DNA from: Vicugna vicugna | Taxonomy: Eukaryota | Direction of reading: 5' to 3' | DNA length: 64,000 nucleotides | Assembly: GCA_013265495.1 (NCBI GenBank) | Contig: MU058035.1 | Coordinates: 11,175-75,174, forward strand | Made by a program: the position numbers and the translations under genes | Notes under the pieces: model-generated | Databases searched by the model: none | Seen by the model: the letters and a program-made list of their open reading frames with translations, nothing else | Told to the model about the DNA's origin: nothing | Shown: one piece after another, positions 27,242 to 39,615 of the stretch | Numbering within the stretch: the stretch's first letter is position 1 | How the letters are laid out: each line of letters begins with the position of its first letter

Positions 27242-27339
27242 AACTATACTCTAGCAGGGCACTGACCACTGCCCCATCCCCAGCACACGTGCTTTCAGAA
27301 GGGATGGGGCAGTGGTCAGTGCCCTGCTAGAGTATAGTT
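27242..27339. repeat. Perfect inverted repeat with 39-bp arms (27242-27280 and 27301-27339) and a 20-nt spacer
   Basis: aactatactctagcagggcactgaccactgccccatccc is the exact reverse complement of gggatggggcagtggtcagtgccctgctagagtatagtt (checked base by base). Confidence 0.98.
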
Positions 27340-28079
27340 GCTGGTTCTTTTGAGGTTTGTTTTTATTGTAGCACAGATGACAGGTCTGCTGCTCTGGAGA
27401 GCACATTCTATCCCATAGCTCTTGAAAGAAAGGAAGCCGATGTGTGTCAGGACTTGAACAAACAGGGACTATTCAAGCCCTCTTTGAATTGGCTTGCTGA
27501 TCCTTGGTGCCAAGGTCATCTGCTCGAGCTGAGGAGGTGGCCTTAGAGAAATGCCGAGTGTGGTCTCACCCCTGCCAACCCTGGTAAGTGCTCACTCCAT
27601 CCTCGGCCCAGCCATCCACACCTTGTGAGAGGAGTGTCCTTCACATGGAAGAGTGTTCCTCAGACTTCTCAAAGGACTTCGATGCCTTACCTCTGAACAA
27701 CTCTGTGTAACCAAGGGGACAGGTGTCACTGGCCCCATTGGGCAGTTGAATTGATCAAGACAGTCAGTGGCTAAACATTAGTGCAGTGGCAGGACCTCAG
27801 TGGGACTTGGGCATGAGTTTCTCACCCTGTGCCTGTAATGCTCCCCCATGGCTGTGTGACCCAGTGCTGAAGGGTCACACACACATACAGCTGTGAGATT
27901 AGATGTAGCAAACCCCAATAACCAGAACCTTCAGTTAACCAGATGCTTCCCATCCCTCATGCCCTTTGTACAATATTTCAAGAAGGAAAAAAAAAGTAAA
28001 TAGTAAAAAACAGCTTATATTTTTGAAAATATTTTTCTCATTATGAAATTATTTCCATTTTGAAAAGTACAAGTATATT

Positions 28080-28340
28080 AATAATAATTGCCACTCTTCT
28101 ATGAGCATGGACCATATGTCAGGCCTTATGCTAAGCTCCTTTACATACATTTTCTTGCTTAATCTTTACAGCACCCCTATAAGGAGGCCCGCATTCACCA
28201 TCAGTTCACAGAGGAGGAAACAGACTCAGAAATTTTACAGGAGCTCCCAGCCACACAGCTAGTAAGTGGTCAGGCTGGATTCCAGTTCAGGTCTGTCTGG
28301 CTTCAAAGCTGGTATGCTTATCCACTCTTGGATATTGCCT
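28080..28340 (-). mobile_element. MIR SINE, near full length
   Basis: 'ttaatctttacagcacccctataagg...ttcacagaggaggaaacagactcagaa...cacacagctagtaagtgg...aggtctgtctggcttcaaagc'. Confidence 0.85.
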
Positions 28341-28349
28341 CGCTCAATA

Positions 28350-28700
28350 GCACCAATAATCTCATCAGTGTTTATCTATTACCTTCCAGTCTTTCTCCAA
28401 AGCATTTTTTATTGAGAACATTTTATATATGCAGTCGTATCTTAAAATTTTAGTTGTTATAAAATAAACTTTTTTTCATATTATTATAAACATTTTTATA
28501 GACACCATTTTAATGGTTGTGTAATACTACATAAAGTGAATTTATCAGAGTTTACATAATCCCTTTTTATTAGAAGTTTAGAGCGTTTCCGCCAGGGTTT
28601 TGTTTTGTTGCTGTAATGTATAATTAACACTGTAATGAACATCTTTGTATATAAAAAATCAGCATTTTGATGGCTTCTTTAGGATAAATTCCAGGAATCC
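28350..28700 (-). mobile_element. Degraded ancient L1 (L1ME-like) remnant
   Basis: 'ccattttaatggttgtgtaatactacata' and 'ttaacactgtaatgaacatctttgtatataaa...tttaggataaattccagga' match reversed old L1 3' sequence. Confidence 0.6.
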
Positions 28701-29509
28701 CTTACTGCCTGTTATTTTCCTTCTATGAATAGCAGAGATACCAGATAATCAGAGGCTGCTACGGACTTAGTTCACAATCAGCTCTGTCTACTGAACCTTC
28801 CACAGCTGTGGTTGAGGATACTGAGAACCAGAGTTCAGAATGGAGACCCAGGTTTCTGCCTTACTCTAAAGCACAACAGCAAAACATTTCTTCCATGAAT
28901 ACTGGGCTGAGGCAAGGAAGTGGGCTCAGGCAGAGAATTTCACCTCATCATCAGTCCTCTGAAGAACTGAGTAAAAATTTGATTTTTACTCCCAGACCTC
29001 CTGAATTTGAATGGGTAGTGTCCTGTTATCAGTATTTTAATTACTTTGTGCACACTTAAGATTGAGACTCAGTGTGGTGGGAATGCCTCAAGTTGGAGTC
29101 GGTGGCAGTGCTAGTGGAGAATTGAAGTGGACAAAGTTGTTATTACCGCCTGCTCCTTCTTCCTTAATTGCTTCTGTCCAGGTGTGATGGAGGAACCACG
29201 GGGCTGTAACAGGTGCCGACATGAGTGTCACAGTGTGGCAGGAAGTAGCAGCAGAAAATAGGGTATGTGCCTTAGGCAGCAGGTCCAGGTAAAAGGCCCT
29301 GGCTTAAGTAAAAGCGCAGAGCCATGATATGATGCTGGAGGGTACACTCTAGTACTGTTAATGACTGAGAAATTAAAAAAAAAAAGCACAATGAACTAGA
29401 GAGGACTGGAGGTCGCAATGCGACTGGGTTCAAATGCGACCCTCACACTAAATAGGGAGCTTCGGCAACTCAGTTATCTCCATGTCTTACTGTGAAACAG
29501 AAGGTTGGA

Positions 29510-29712
29510 CTAGATTTTTCAGCTTTTTGGGATCTCAGCCCTCTTTGAGAATCTGGTGAAAGCTATGAATCTTCTTCTCACAAAAATGTCATCAGCAGGA
29601 CTCTGAACAATGTTATTAGCAAAAATTAACACATCTAGCAAATACAGAAAATTCTGCATATGTTTTCCAGGATTCATAGACTATGTGAAGCCTTAGATTA
29701 AGAACCTCTAGG
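29510..29712. mobile_element. hAT-Charlie-type MITE inserted in a MIR-like remnant
   Basis: 'ccctctttgagaatctggtgaaagctatgaatc' with the terminus 'gattaagaacctctag'. MIR-like sequence lies at 29395-29510 and resumes after 29712. Confidence 0.55.
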
Positions 29713-30019
29713 CTGTATGCTCTTTAAGATGCCTTCCATTCTCACATACTTGCATTCTTTCAGTGACACAAATAATGATTTGCAATGATTCTCTGTAAAC
29801 TTTATATTTCATTAATTAGGACAGCTCATTTCCTGAGAACTTCAGTTAATTGAAAAAATATAATAACAATATCTCACACTTTTATTATATGGAGAGAGTA
29901 CTATGTATCAGGCACTATCTTAGGTGACTAAATATAGTTTATGTCCCTGAATGAGATCCATTTAATGAATCATGTGTGTTTAATATGGTTAAGACTTCAG
30001 TCAAAGGCTTGAAGCCAAC

Positions 30020-30230
30020 TTTACCATTTACTGAGCACTTACTATGTGCATTATTTTCTTAAATTCTCACAACAATACTTGGAGGTAGATACTGTTATCC
30101 CAGTTTTGCAGGTGAAAGAACTGAGGCTCACATCTGTATAAGGAAGTCACCCCACTGAGCTCATTAAGTGGTGGCTCTGGGGTTCGAACCCAGCTCTGTG
30201 TACTTGACAGTGGTTGTCCTTAACCGGGTT
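30020..30230 (-). mobile_element. MIR SINE remnant
   Basis: 'ttactgagcacttactatgtgc...gaggtagatactgttatcccagttttgcaggtgaaagaactgaggctca...gggttcgaacccag'. Confidence 0.85.
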
Positions 30231-30634
30231 CCGCTCTTTTTAGTAAACTGGTGACTCCTCTAATTCACTTAAATAATAATTATAGAATCCAACTTGTGCT
30301 AAAAATATTTGACAAAAAAAGGACCGGAAAAAAAAATGTTCCCGCAGGGGTAGCCAACTGCATTCTCCGCGTTCACCCGCACAGTCCTCGTTTCCCGCCC
30401 TGAACTATGTCCACTGGGTGACTCGTGTGAGTTTACATGTGCTCAATGGCCACCGCCTTACCTGGTGTGTATTGAGCACTGTGGTCAGTGAGCTGTTAGG
30501 CAGGGAAGACTGCAGGTGATGATGAGGTTTGTGCCTGCAGCAGGTGTAGCACCAGGCCCGGTTCTCCATCTGTGTGCCCCGCCAGGCCCATTCTCTTAGT
30601 TGCTGTTGACCGTCCAGCTTACACAGGGCACACG

Positions 30635-30825
30635 ATGCCCACCGTCCCCATCTGGCCTGTCACCTTTCTGTAGAGTTTTACTGGAACACTGCCATGCCAC
30701 ACTCACGCTCTTACATCCTATCTGTGGCTCTTTTTGTGCCACAACAGCAGAGTTGAGCGTGCCCCACAGAGCTGAAAATCTTATGCTCTGACCCTTTCCA
30801 AAAGAATCTGCTGGCCCCTGATACA
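30635..30825. mobile_element. MER58A-like hAT-Charlie element (opposite orientation to the copy at 2248)
   Basis: 'agttttactggaacactgccatgccacactc...gccacaacagcagagttgag...ctgaccctttccaaaagaatctgctggcccctg'. Confidence 0.8.
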
Positions 30826-32841
30826 GACCAAGCAACATGGAACTGTATTCCATCAAATCTAAGACAACATCGTTTGTGATACACAACATTTTTATATGAA
30901 CTGCTAAGAAATAAAAAGCATTCTAACTGTCAGGCGCCATTTCACTGGGAGACCACCGTTTCTGGAGACATTGAATTGTGCATTTACAGTCAAAATTTGG
31001 TACTTTTCAGAGAGAGACTGTAGAGACGTTAAAAAAAATGTAAACACGATCATCTTAAAGACTATTTACCTTTGCCCATTAATCAACCAGTCTGTTGACT
31101 CCCTATAAAAACCTATAATGGTAACAGACAGTATCATGGGACCCAGTAAGTTAGGAAAGTGCTGGCTTTTTGGCATCTGTCTTCCCAAAGACTGTTGCTA
31201 TTAATGAGTGGAGGAAATATTTTGGCATTGTTCTCTGACACTATTTTCAACTCGTATTAGTATAAATATTTAGGGTGTTTTAGTACAGTGGCTGTGTGGC
31301 AGTAAAATTGTTAGTTCTTTTATCTTAGGGCTGGTATATTTGAACAGTGTGCCTGTTCTTAAAATGTGTTATGAGGCTACGTACAAAAGGCTTTGTAGTA
31401 GTTTGGAATGGAAAGCTTCTCAGATGCTGCTTATGGTCAGATTCTTACCAGTCTGAAAAATATGCTAATTACATACAAGGCTCTGAGCAAAGAGAGGGAA
31501 CTCAATATTACAATTTTAAACTCCCTCAAAACAAAAACAGGACACCACTGAAGGGGAGGTAGTGATCGATGTGTAAACAGCATGTGCCTTGTCATGTGTA
31601 CACAAATCAACCATTCGGCTCACACACGTTTGTACACTCAAGTAAAATGTCCAGAGAGCATCCATACTTGCAAATATAAGTCATGTTTTGTTTTTTCTTC
31701 AAAAATAGAAATTTAGGAATTCTGAGTCAGGCTACTTATTACTTGGCTAATTCAGCTGCAGAGTAAGTTATTAATGACCCCCAGATGTTGTTTATAGTGA
31801 TTGGATATTTTCAGTTATGAAATAATGTTTTCTTTTTTATGTGCAAGTAATATTTCTTAATATGCTCTACAGCATCTGAATAAAAGTTTGATGGCAGAAC
31901 AGTTTGCATGTCCAATGTAATTGCTTCTAAGTGAGCTCTTCATTCTTCACATTTTTAGCTCTAATTGCTTTTTTTCCCATATGTCTAAAAATAAATATTT
32001 GCAAGTTTTGCGTTCTGCTACTCATTGTAATACATAAAATATTTGTACACTGAGCAAAATTCACTGATAATGTTTGCAATGGGCTATTTAGAGAAAGTAA
32101 GGTTTGTGTGGTAAGAGGAGATAAAATACATTTTTATTAGTACAAATGCCATAGAAAGCCATTTATCATATTTTGAAAGAATATTTTCAAAGGAGTGGCC
32201 AGATATTTGACCTCTGGGACTATTTAAATAGACTCAGTTGGAAAAAGAGATCTAGAGTCAAAAATAGCCTGTTTTGCTATGTAATGGATATTTTAAATTG
32301 TCTTTGGAAGGTGGCAATTAATTTTTGATTATCGGGACAGGGGCCCCACTATGTAGATTATCCAAGTCCCTGACTTCCCAGGAAGGCCCCGCTGCCTTCA
32401 TTTCAGTTTATTCCAGCTCATTAGCACCTCCACCCGAAGGTTGGCAGAGAAAAGGAGAGGAAGAAAAAATGAAATCACTTCTGCTGCTCTTAATGGCCTT
32501 TGGAAAGAATAGATCATGAATGAAATAGAAACCAGTGGGAAAAATAAGCTATTGGCTTTTCTGTGTTTTCTTTTATCCTTGCCTTCCTTCATCGACACAG
32601 ATAATCAATAGTTGGCTTAAAGACTTTTAAATGAACTCTGCACCGGAAGGCTTTGCAGTTATAACAGCAATATCATTATTCTCTTTATACCGTAAAAGAC
32701 TGGGTAGATTCCAGAGAGGTAAATATTGCCCAGTCTCCATGTTACATGTTCCTGAACTTTTTTTTTTAAACCTCCCCCTAAAAAGTTTTTATGCACAGAA
32801 TTCTTCTCCCCTACCCATATTTTTTTCCATACATACATATA

Positions 32842-33000
32842 TTTTTTAAATTGAAGTACAGTTAGTTTACAATGCTGTGTCAATTTCTGGTATACAGCAT
32901 AATGCTTCAGTCATGCATAAACATACATGTATTCCTTTTCATTTTCTTCACCATAAGTTACAAGATACTGAATATAGTTCCTTGTCCTATACAGTATGTT
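32842..33000 (-). mobile_element. Short 3'-terminal fragment of a younger, cetartiodactyl-type L1
   Basis: 'ttttttaaattgaagtacagttagtttacaatgctgtgtcaatttctggtatacagcataatg...acaagatactgaatatagttccttgtcctatacagta' is a reversed L1 3' UTR starting at the poly(A) remnant. Confidence 0.8.
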
Positions 33001-35558
33001 TATCGGATTTTGTGAGAATCCTCCTATATTTTGAAGCAGGAGACACTCGGCCAGAGTTCAGTCGGTGTTCTGTGTAATTCAGTGGGTTTGTAAATGTAAT
33101 TATTGGTGTATTTGTGGGAGAGGGTGAGCAGTGAGTCTTTCTACTCTGCCCTCTTGGCATCAGTTCTCCCCCCTCCCATGTTAAAGGCAACAATTCTTTG
33201 GGTTTAGATACAAACATCTGCTTGATCACCATATCTTGTGATCATGTCTTGTGACCCTGACCCGGCGATATTTCGCGTTATTGAGAACTGGCAGGTTTGG
33301 TCTTCACCATCATATTTGCTTCTTCATGTGTTGCTATATCTACAGTTCCCCCAGAACAATCTGTGACAAAGGTTTACTTTTATCAGAAAGCCTGCTGGAT
33401 TTATACCACATCTCAGGGTTCTAATAGATGTGACAATAAAGTCATTCTTCCATGTTTGCACCATTTAGCCATCTTTTTGAAATGTATTCTTTAAGGCATC
33501 CTGGCTACATGCATCTCAAGTTTCAGCCCCTCTTTTGGACCACTGGGCAGCCTAGAGCTTTTGAGCTTTGTCTTGGAAGCTCCATCCATCAATCAGAATA
33601 CCAAATTTACATTGTTAGGTTCCCCGGAGGTGTTAGAGCTCTGGATTCAGCAATTATTGTGAATAAGAACCTTGCAGCTAGGGTGCGTGCCAACATTCCA
33701 AGTGCTAGCACAATGGAAAAGAGAAGTGGTTTATGTTAGAATATGGTCACATTCTTCTGATTAAACCCACTCAAAAAAGACAACATTGTAATATTTTCCA
33801 ATGACTGTTTATCATGAATTACGTCAGCCTTCGTTTAAATTGCTATTATTTCTCCTTAATGCTTCTTGGTGCCTGCATAATTTACGGCACTGGCAGCCTC
33901 GGGACCATGAAATAACCTTTCACAACCAACACACAATAGTAAAGAGCATGGCGTTTTTGTTGTTAATTATTATAGGACTCCTTTAACTTTTACAAAGTGA
34001 CATAAAATATTGTTGAGGTATTTATGGTTCAAGCTACTTTTACATGGATCTATTTTGCTTCTGGCTAGTTCTTAACTAAAGCAATCATTTGTGGTTATTA
34101 GGCCGCCGGAGATATTATGTCAGAACTGCTTTAAGAGTATTATTATGTATCACATGTCATACACGACATGTCAGCACTTGAGGCTGTCTTTCAGTAAAAA
34201 CAAATGTAATTTTAGTTTGTGCTCTTTTAGGGATCGGCAATTTGTAAGCGAACCTGAGTGCACTTGAAGGTATCCCAGCCGTTCGGGAGGGAGCCTGTCT
34301 CACTCAGCCTCCCATCCTTCCCTATTAGTCTCTCTCCTGTGGATTTAAGACCTTTCCAGAACAAATTTTGGCAAAGGTCTAATTCAGAGTGAAGATTTGC
34401 TTCCTGGGAGCAACAGAATTAGCAGGGACTGGTTAACTGCCCATGGCTGAGCTGGTTTTGATTCCTCCACTCTGTGGTTTTTCATATAGATTTCCTAATC
34501 ACTGGGTCTTCTAGGCCTGAGGAGAGCCCAACCCATCGAAGACCCAGCCTTACCGTTCAGAGAGGAGACCCAAACATTGTGGAGAGATGTCTTGGGTGAA
34601 GGGTGGTAGAAACAAAAAGGATGGGAACACGTCTGAGTTTCCACAAAGCTACACTTCCAAGCAAACTTTGAATTAATATGTCACTCCCTTGGGTTCCAAA
34701 TACTATGCATATTTTCCAGTCCTTGCTTATTTAAAGCAAGAAAGGAAGGGCGTGCCAGAAAGTTTTACAAAGAATGAAAACACATTAATGACTCATGTGA
34801 ACAATGACTGATTTTCTTAACATATAATTTCTTAATTACTGTCAACCAAAATAATTTGCATAATAATATTTTCCCCTCCCCTCCCCCATCTCTGTTTAAG
34901 AGCCATAAAATAGTGATCAAAGAGCCTATTTGATCAATAGTAGGGAAATATAACTCCTTAATTCCCAGTGGATTGATGGGACTCTGACATTAGATATTCT
35001 TAAGAATAATCACCTCCAACACAATGGGCAAAATGAGCTTTCCAGTAAAACAAACAGCTTTGAAAAGAGCTTAGGGGCATTTTCTTTAGCTTGAATTCAA
35101 GGAGGAAATTGTGACTTTTATGAAACTTGCATAAATTTACATGTATCCTGTCAGAGTTTTAAAATTAGACAACATGCCTGAATGCCCTGGAAATGAGTCT
35201 GCCATCCAGATTTAGAGTGCTTTTAGCTTTTTTAATTAAAGACATTTCACAAGCCAAGCCCAGAGAAGAAGAGAATTAAGCATTACGTAAGAATGTAGCA
35301 AAATTTGAGATTTAATGAGTGAATATTACCAATTTATAAAGGAGATAAAAGGTATGAAAGGAGCAGTCATTGGGAGTTTTTGCAATTTTTTTTTTTTCAA
35401 ATGTAAGAAATGGAAGAAGTGAAAAGGCCAGGCTGCCATTTGTTGTAGCCCTCGTTCTGGAACTGGTTCAAAGCTCACAGAACTGACTGTGGGGCTGTGA
35501 GGCTTGTTAATGAGCACTTGTGGCAGTGAACTGGGATCATGGGCTTGTCACATGAATT

Positions 35559-35562
35559 TGTG

Positions 35563-35619
<57 letters not shown>

Positions 35620-35654
35620 GCGCGCGCGCGCGCGCACACACACGTATATATACA
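35559..35654. repeat. Compound alternating purine-pyrimidine microsatellite (TA)n(CA)n(CG)8(CA)n(TA)n
   Basis: Read directly; (CG)8 is at 35619-35634. Confidence 0.97.
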
Positions 35655-38600
35655 AAACTCAGAAGATAGAAGATAAGCGTTGTTGCTGCCATGTGGTTGT
35701 GAGAAACCCAAAACAATTAAAATCATCCTAAAGACCACATTTCTAAGAATCAGTGTGAACCCTACAAATGCTAATTTTCAATTCTTTAATAACTGCTACT
35801 AGTGAAATATAGTTATTGAAAATTATTTTTAGCTACACATGTTATACCATTTAAAAAACTTAGACTAAATAGTGTCAGCCCATGTTTGCTTTCCTAGCAT
35901 GTTAATCATTTATTGAGAAATTCAGAATGTAAAACATCTGGGATTAACTTGGTGTGTGCGAAGTCATCTTTCAAATGTGTATATTTCAGAACTTCTTTTG
36001 TGTATTTATTTAGAAATACGGGAAAATTCTGTAAACATTTTCTGGAATATATGTAGCATTTGACTATGAAAGAGAATTGGCATAACTGAAAACCCAAATT
36101 TCATTTTCTATAAATATTACTCTGCTGGAAGAATGGGTTTCTGAAATTAGAGAATTTAGATTATGGTTAGTGATATTTACAGGCAAGTATCTCTCTTTGC
36201 CCTGGACTGAAAGTATGAACCAGAAACGTCCGTTCTGGCCCCTTCTGGGGTGTGATGTGATGTTTACATCTAACTAAAGGAATTAATTTATTTCAGTATT
36301 TTAAGGCCTGAGCTGGAGTTGTACAAACCCTATGATGTAGGCATAACAGAGCACGACCAAAAGAGTTGTATCACTGTGGTCTAAAAGCTCTCCGGTTCTG
36401 TTCAACAATTAGTCCATGTATTTTATAGCTGAGCCTTTAAGAAACTGGCACCATCAGCATAATCATGGTAATTGGGAAATGACACAACATAGAGAAGAGT
36501 CAAAGAAGGGGAGTTATTAATGATTAGTAATTTTCTCCTTTTGGGAGGAGCAGACATGAGACCCAACATTACACAGCTCTTTTCAATTATTATAAATTGC
36601 ATATTTTGTAACCATTTTAGTATCTTGAAAGCCCCAGGGCAATTCCCCATGCCCCATGTTCTCTAATCCTCTTCTTTTTCTGAAATAGAATTAATTCTCT
36701 GTGATATAAGCAGAGCTTATATAATTAAGTTTGTTCACCTAGTCCAGTGGAATAGACCAGATGAGCTCTATAATCCTCCAAACACCACTTTCTTGAGATT
36801 CTAAAACCCATTCTATGGGGGAGGCTTTTTAGATAGCACAAGGGGTTTCCAGTTAAGGGGCATCTTTGCTTTATTTTAACCCACTAGGGCATGGAGTCCT
36901 TGGGAAACCTCCCAGCCACCATGATCCCTTATTGTGGCTTTGTCCCTGGACTTGATACGATTCAAGGACCATCATCAAAGGAATATTCAAATCAATGTGT
37001 TTTCTGTGGGCAGATATTCCCTAGGTCTTGTGAAGAACTGAAAGGACAGAAAGGATCTGGGAGCAAACCTTCTGGCAGGGAGATTAACTCAAAATTTAAA
37101 CTAAAACCAAACCAAAAAAATCCCCCAAACCCTCAGTGTGAACAATCCACAGAAATCTTCTGTAACTGGAATACAAGGTTAAATGTGTTCATTGAGCAGG
37201 GCAGCCAAACCCACTGAACCAGCGTCATTAACTTACTAGCTCTTTAAGAGTTTAGATGAGGTTTCTAGATCAAGGAAATACTGGAAACAAGCCAAAGAGA
37301 CATGCGTACGTGTTTAACAGTTTCCCCTGCCTGGACTGTCAACACACTGGGGCAAGTCTCCAACCCCTTCCCCAGTACCTAGTAGTATGGCAGAACCACA
37401 CGCTGGTGGATGACTTAGAGGAGAATGTTTTGAGGATTTTAGCTCACTGATGTTGGCCAGCTCATGCCCCTTGCAATGGACAACTCTTATGTGTTCATTA
37501 CAGTAACTTGTTAGCAGATGATCGAATATTTGACAGTAGCAAAATGCTTATTAAAATATTCATTAGTTCAGACTGTCCATGGGTTTGTTTGCTCCTTAAA
37601 TTTTAAGTGAGGGATCTCTTTCCCACAGTGCTTCCATCAGCCATCATTTGGAGTATAAAACTGACCAGCCCTGAAAGAGGTGTTGCTGTCTTCAGAGTTC
37701 CATGTATACATGTACAGAGTCCTTTTCAGTCTACTCACACCAACTTGACCAAATAGGATAATTATATACACATGGGCAGGTCATTGCCACATTCTGAGGC
37801 ATATTTTTATATCAGAAATGAAATACTGAAGAGCTTTAGGAACTGGTCAATTTAAGTTTAATTTGAAGGGGGAAGAGTCTAGGGATTTACAGCAGATCAT
37901 CAAGTCAGAGACAACAGACCCTTATTCAGAACAAGGGGGTGGGGGGAGAAGGAAAGAAGGATAAGATAGCTATGACTTAACAGAAGGACAGACAGTGAGA
38001 TGTGATAGTAATCAAGTGATAAAGTAAAATTAATAAAAGTGGTACTTTGGGACAAGTTAAGAGGGTTATGTGTGATCTCCCAATCAAGCCACAAATATTC
38101 ATTGAGTGGCAGCTGTTCTGCCCTGAACTGTGTGCCCTAGGCACACTGGAGAATGCAGCCTGTTAGGGAGAGTAAGTAAATATATCTGAATTGATTCATA
38201 AAACAAATAGTGCCTAGAAGAGTAAGGTGCTAGCTGTGTTATGAAGACTACATGCACTTGAAAAAAGATATTGATTATGGCTAGGGTGGTCAGGGCAGCT
38301 TTTTTGAAGGTCTTTAACTTGGAGGGAAGTAGACAAGGCTTAGGTATGTTCATGGTGTTTGGCACACTTGTGTTGACAATAGCTTTGGACCCGATGAAAC
38401 TTTATGTGTCACCTCTAAGGGGAGGTAGTCAGAGCAGCTGCTATTTACAGCCTAGTGGGACTGGTGGAATTATGGGTGAAATAGTCCACAGAATACAAAG
38501 CCACTAATTTCACAGAGATGAAACCTTTGGTGGGAGACTCTGAGGGCTTTATGGGTAATTTTTCACGCCAGTGCCCCACATCCCTTCTAAATTGTTACAG

Positions 38601-38944
38601 TGACATTTAGCTGGCAAATGTGAGTCTCTTTCTTCCTCCAAGAGGCCTTTGAGTGGATGAAGGGAAATAACAGGTGCCCATTATCACAGATACAGAAACA
38701 GCGTTATTGGAACTTGGGGGATAAAATGTGTTAATGGAAGAGTCTGTAATAAACAGACGTGGTTCAGCCACTGCTTTTACTCTTCCATTCTGGTGATAGG
38801 ATGCTTCTGCGGCCCTTAAAATGAAGTCATCACTTCACAATTGTTGTCTACTCACCTTTGGGTGAAAGATAATAAATATTTAGGAAATTTACCCTAGGTT
38901 TTCATAATGCTTGGTCTGTTTTCTTGTTCATTCTATTGTGGTTT

Positions 38945-39615
38945 GTTAATTTAGGTAGCTTCACTGAGTTTTCTCATCTTGTATCGAGAATAACACCTGT
39001 TTTCCAGGTTGTCCTAAGGATTGGCCAAGATAATGTATGGAAAACTTTTAGCACTATAATTCTGGTATGGCAGTTTTAAAATAACAGCAGTAGTAGTTAC
39101 GATCAAGGTCTCACAAAGATGGAGCTGGTGGTGTGTCCTCTCCTGCTTCCTCTCTTTTGTGTCTTGGATAAAGATAAGAGACTCCTTAGCAACATCCACA
39201 CAAAGATATGTAAGTGTCTGCCCCTATGTATAAAAGCAGCTTCATGTTCAAGCCTCAGTTTCCTTAGCTTTAAAATGAGATGATAATCCTCTAACTACAA
39301 AGTTGCCTATTCCACCATCCATTCATGCTTCTTTCTGTTAAGGTTACCATTCATCAATTCAACAAATATATTTTGGGAGAACTGATTATGTACTAGACAT
39401 CGCGTTAGACCTCGAGTCAAACTTAATGAATTAAACAGACATATGTCCTGTGCCCCCTTGAAGTCTAAGGATATGAATAGTAAGCAAATACATATAGTCA
39501 CACACACGCATGCACACAGAGCAGTACAGGCCATGATAAGAGGTACAAGCACAAAAAGATTGCTGTCTAGATTAAATGAAATAATGTATGTGAAAATGCA
39601 TCATAGGCTATAAAA
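38945..39615. mobile_element. MIR remnants; the second MIR (about 39240-39615) is interrupted by an L2 3' fragment (about 39310-39555)
   Basis: 'aagcctcagtttccttagctttaaaatgagatgataat' resumes as 'agattaaatgaaataatgtatgtgaaaatgc'. Between them lies the L2 tail 'cattcatcaattcaacaaatatattttgggagaactgattatgtactagac'. Confidence 0.7.

Noticed and set aside
35475..35738. ORFs with YIYIYI and CARARA repeats
   Set aside because: Microsatellite translations.
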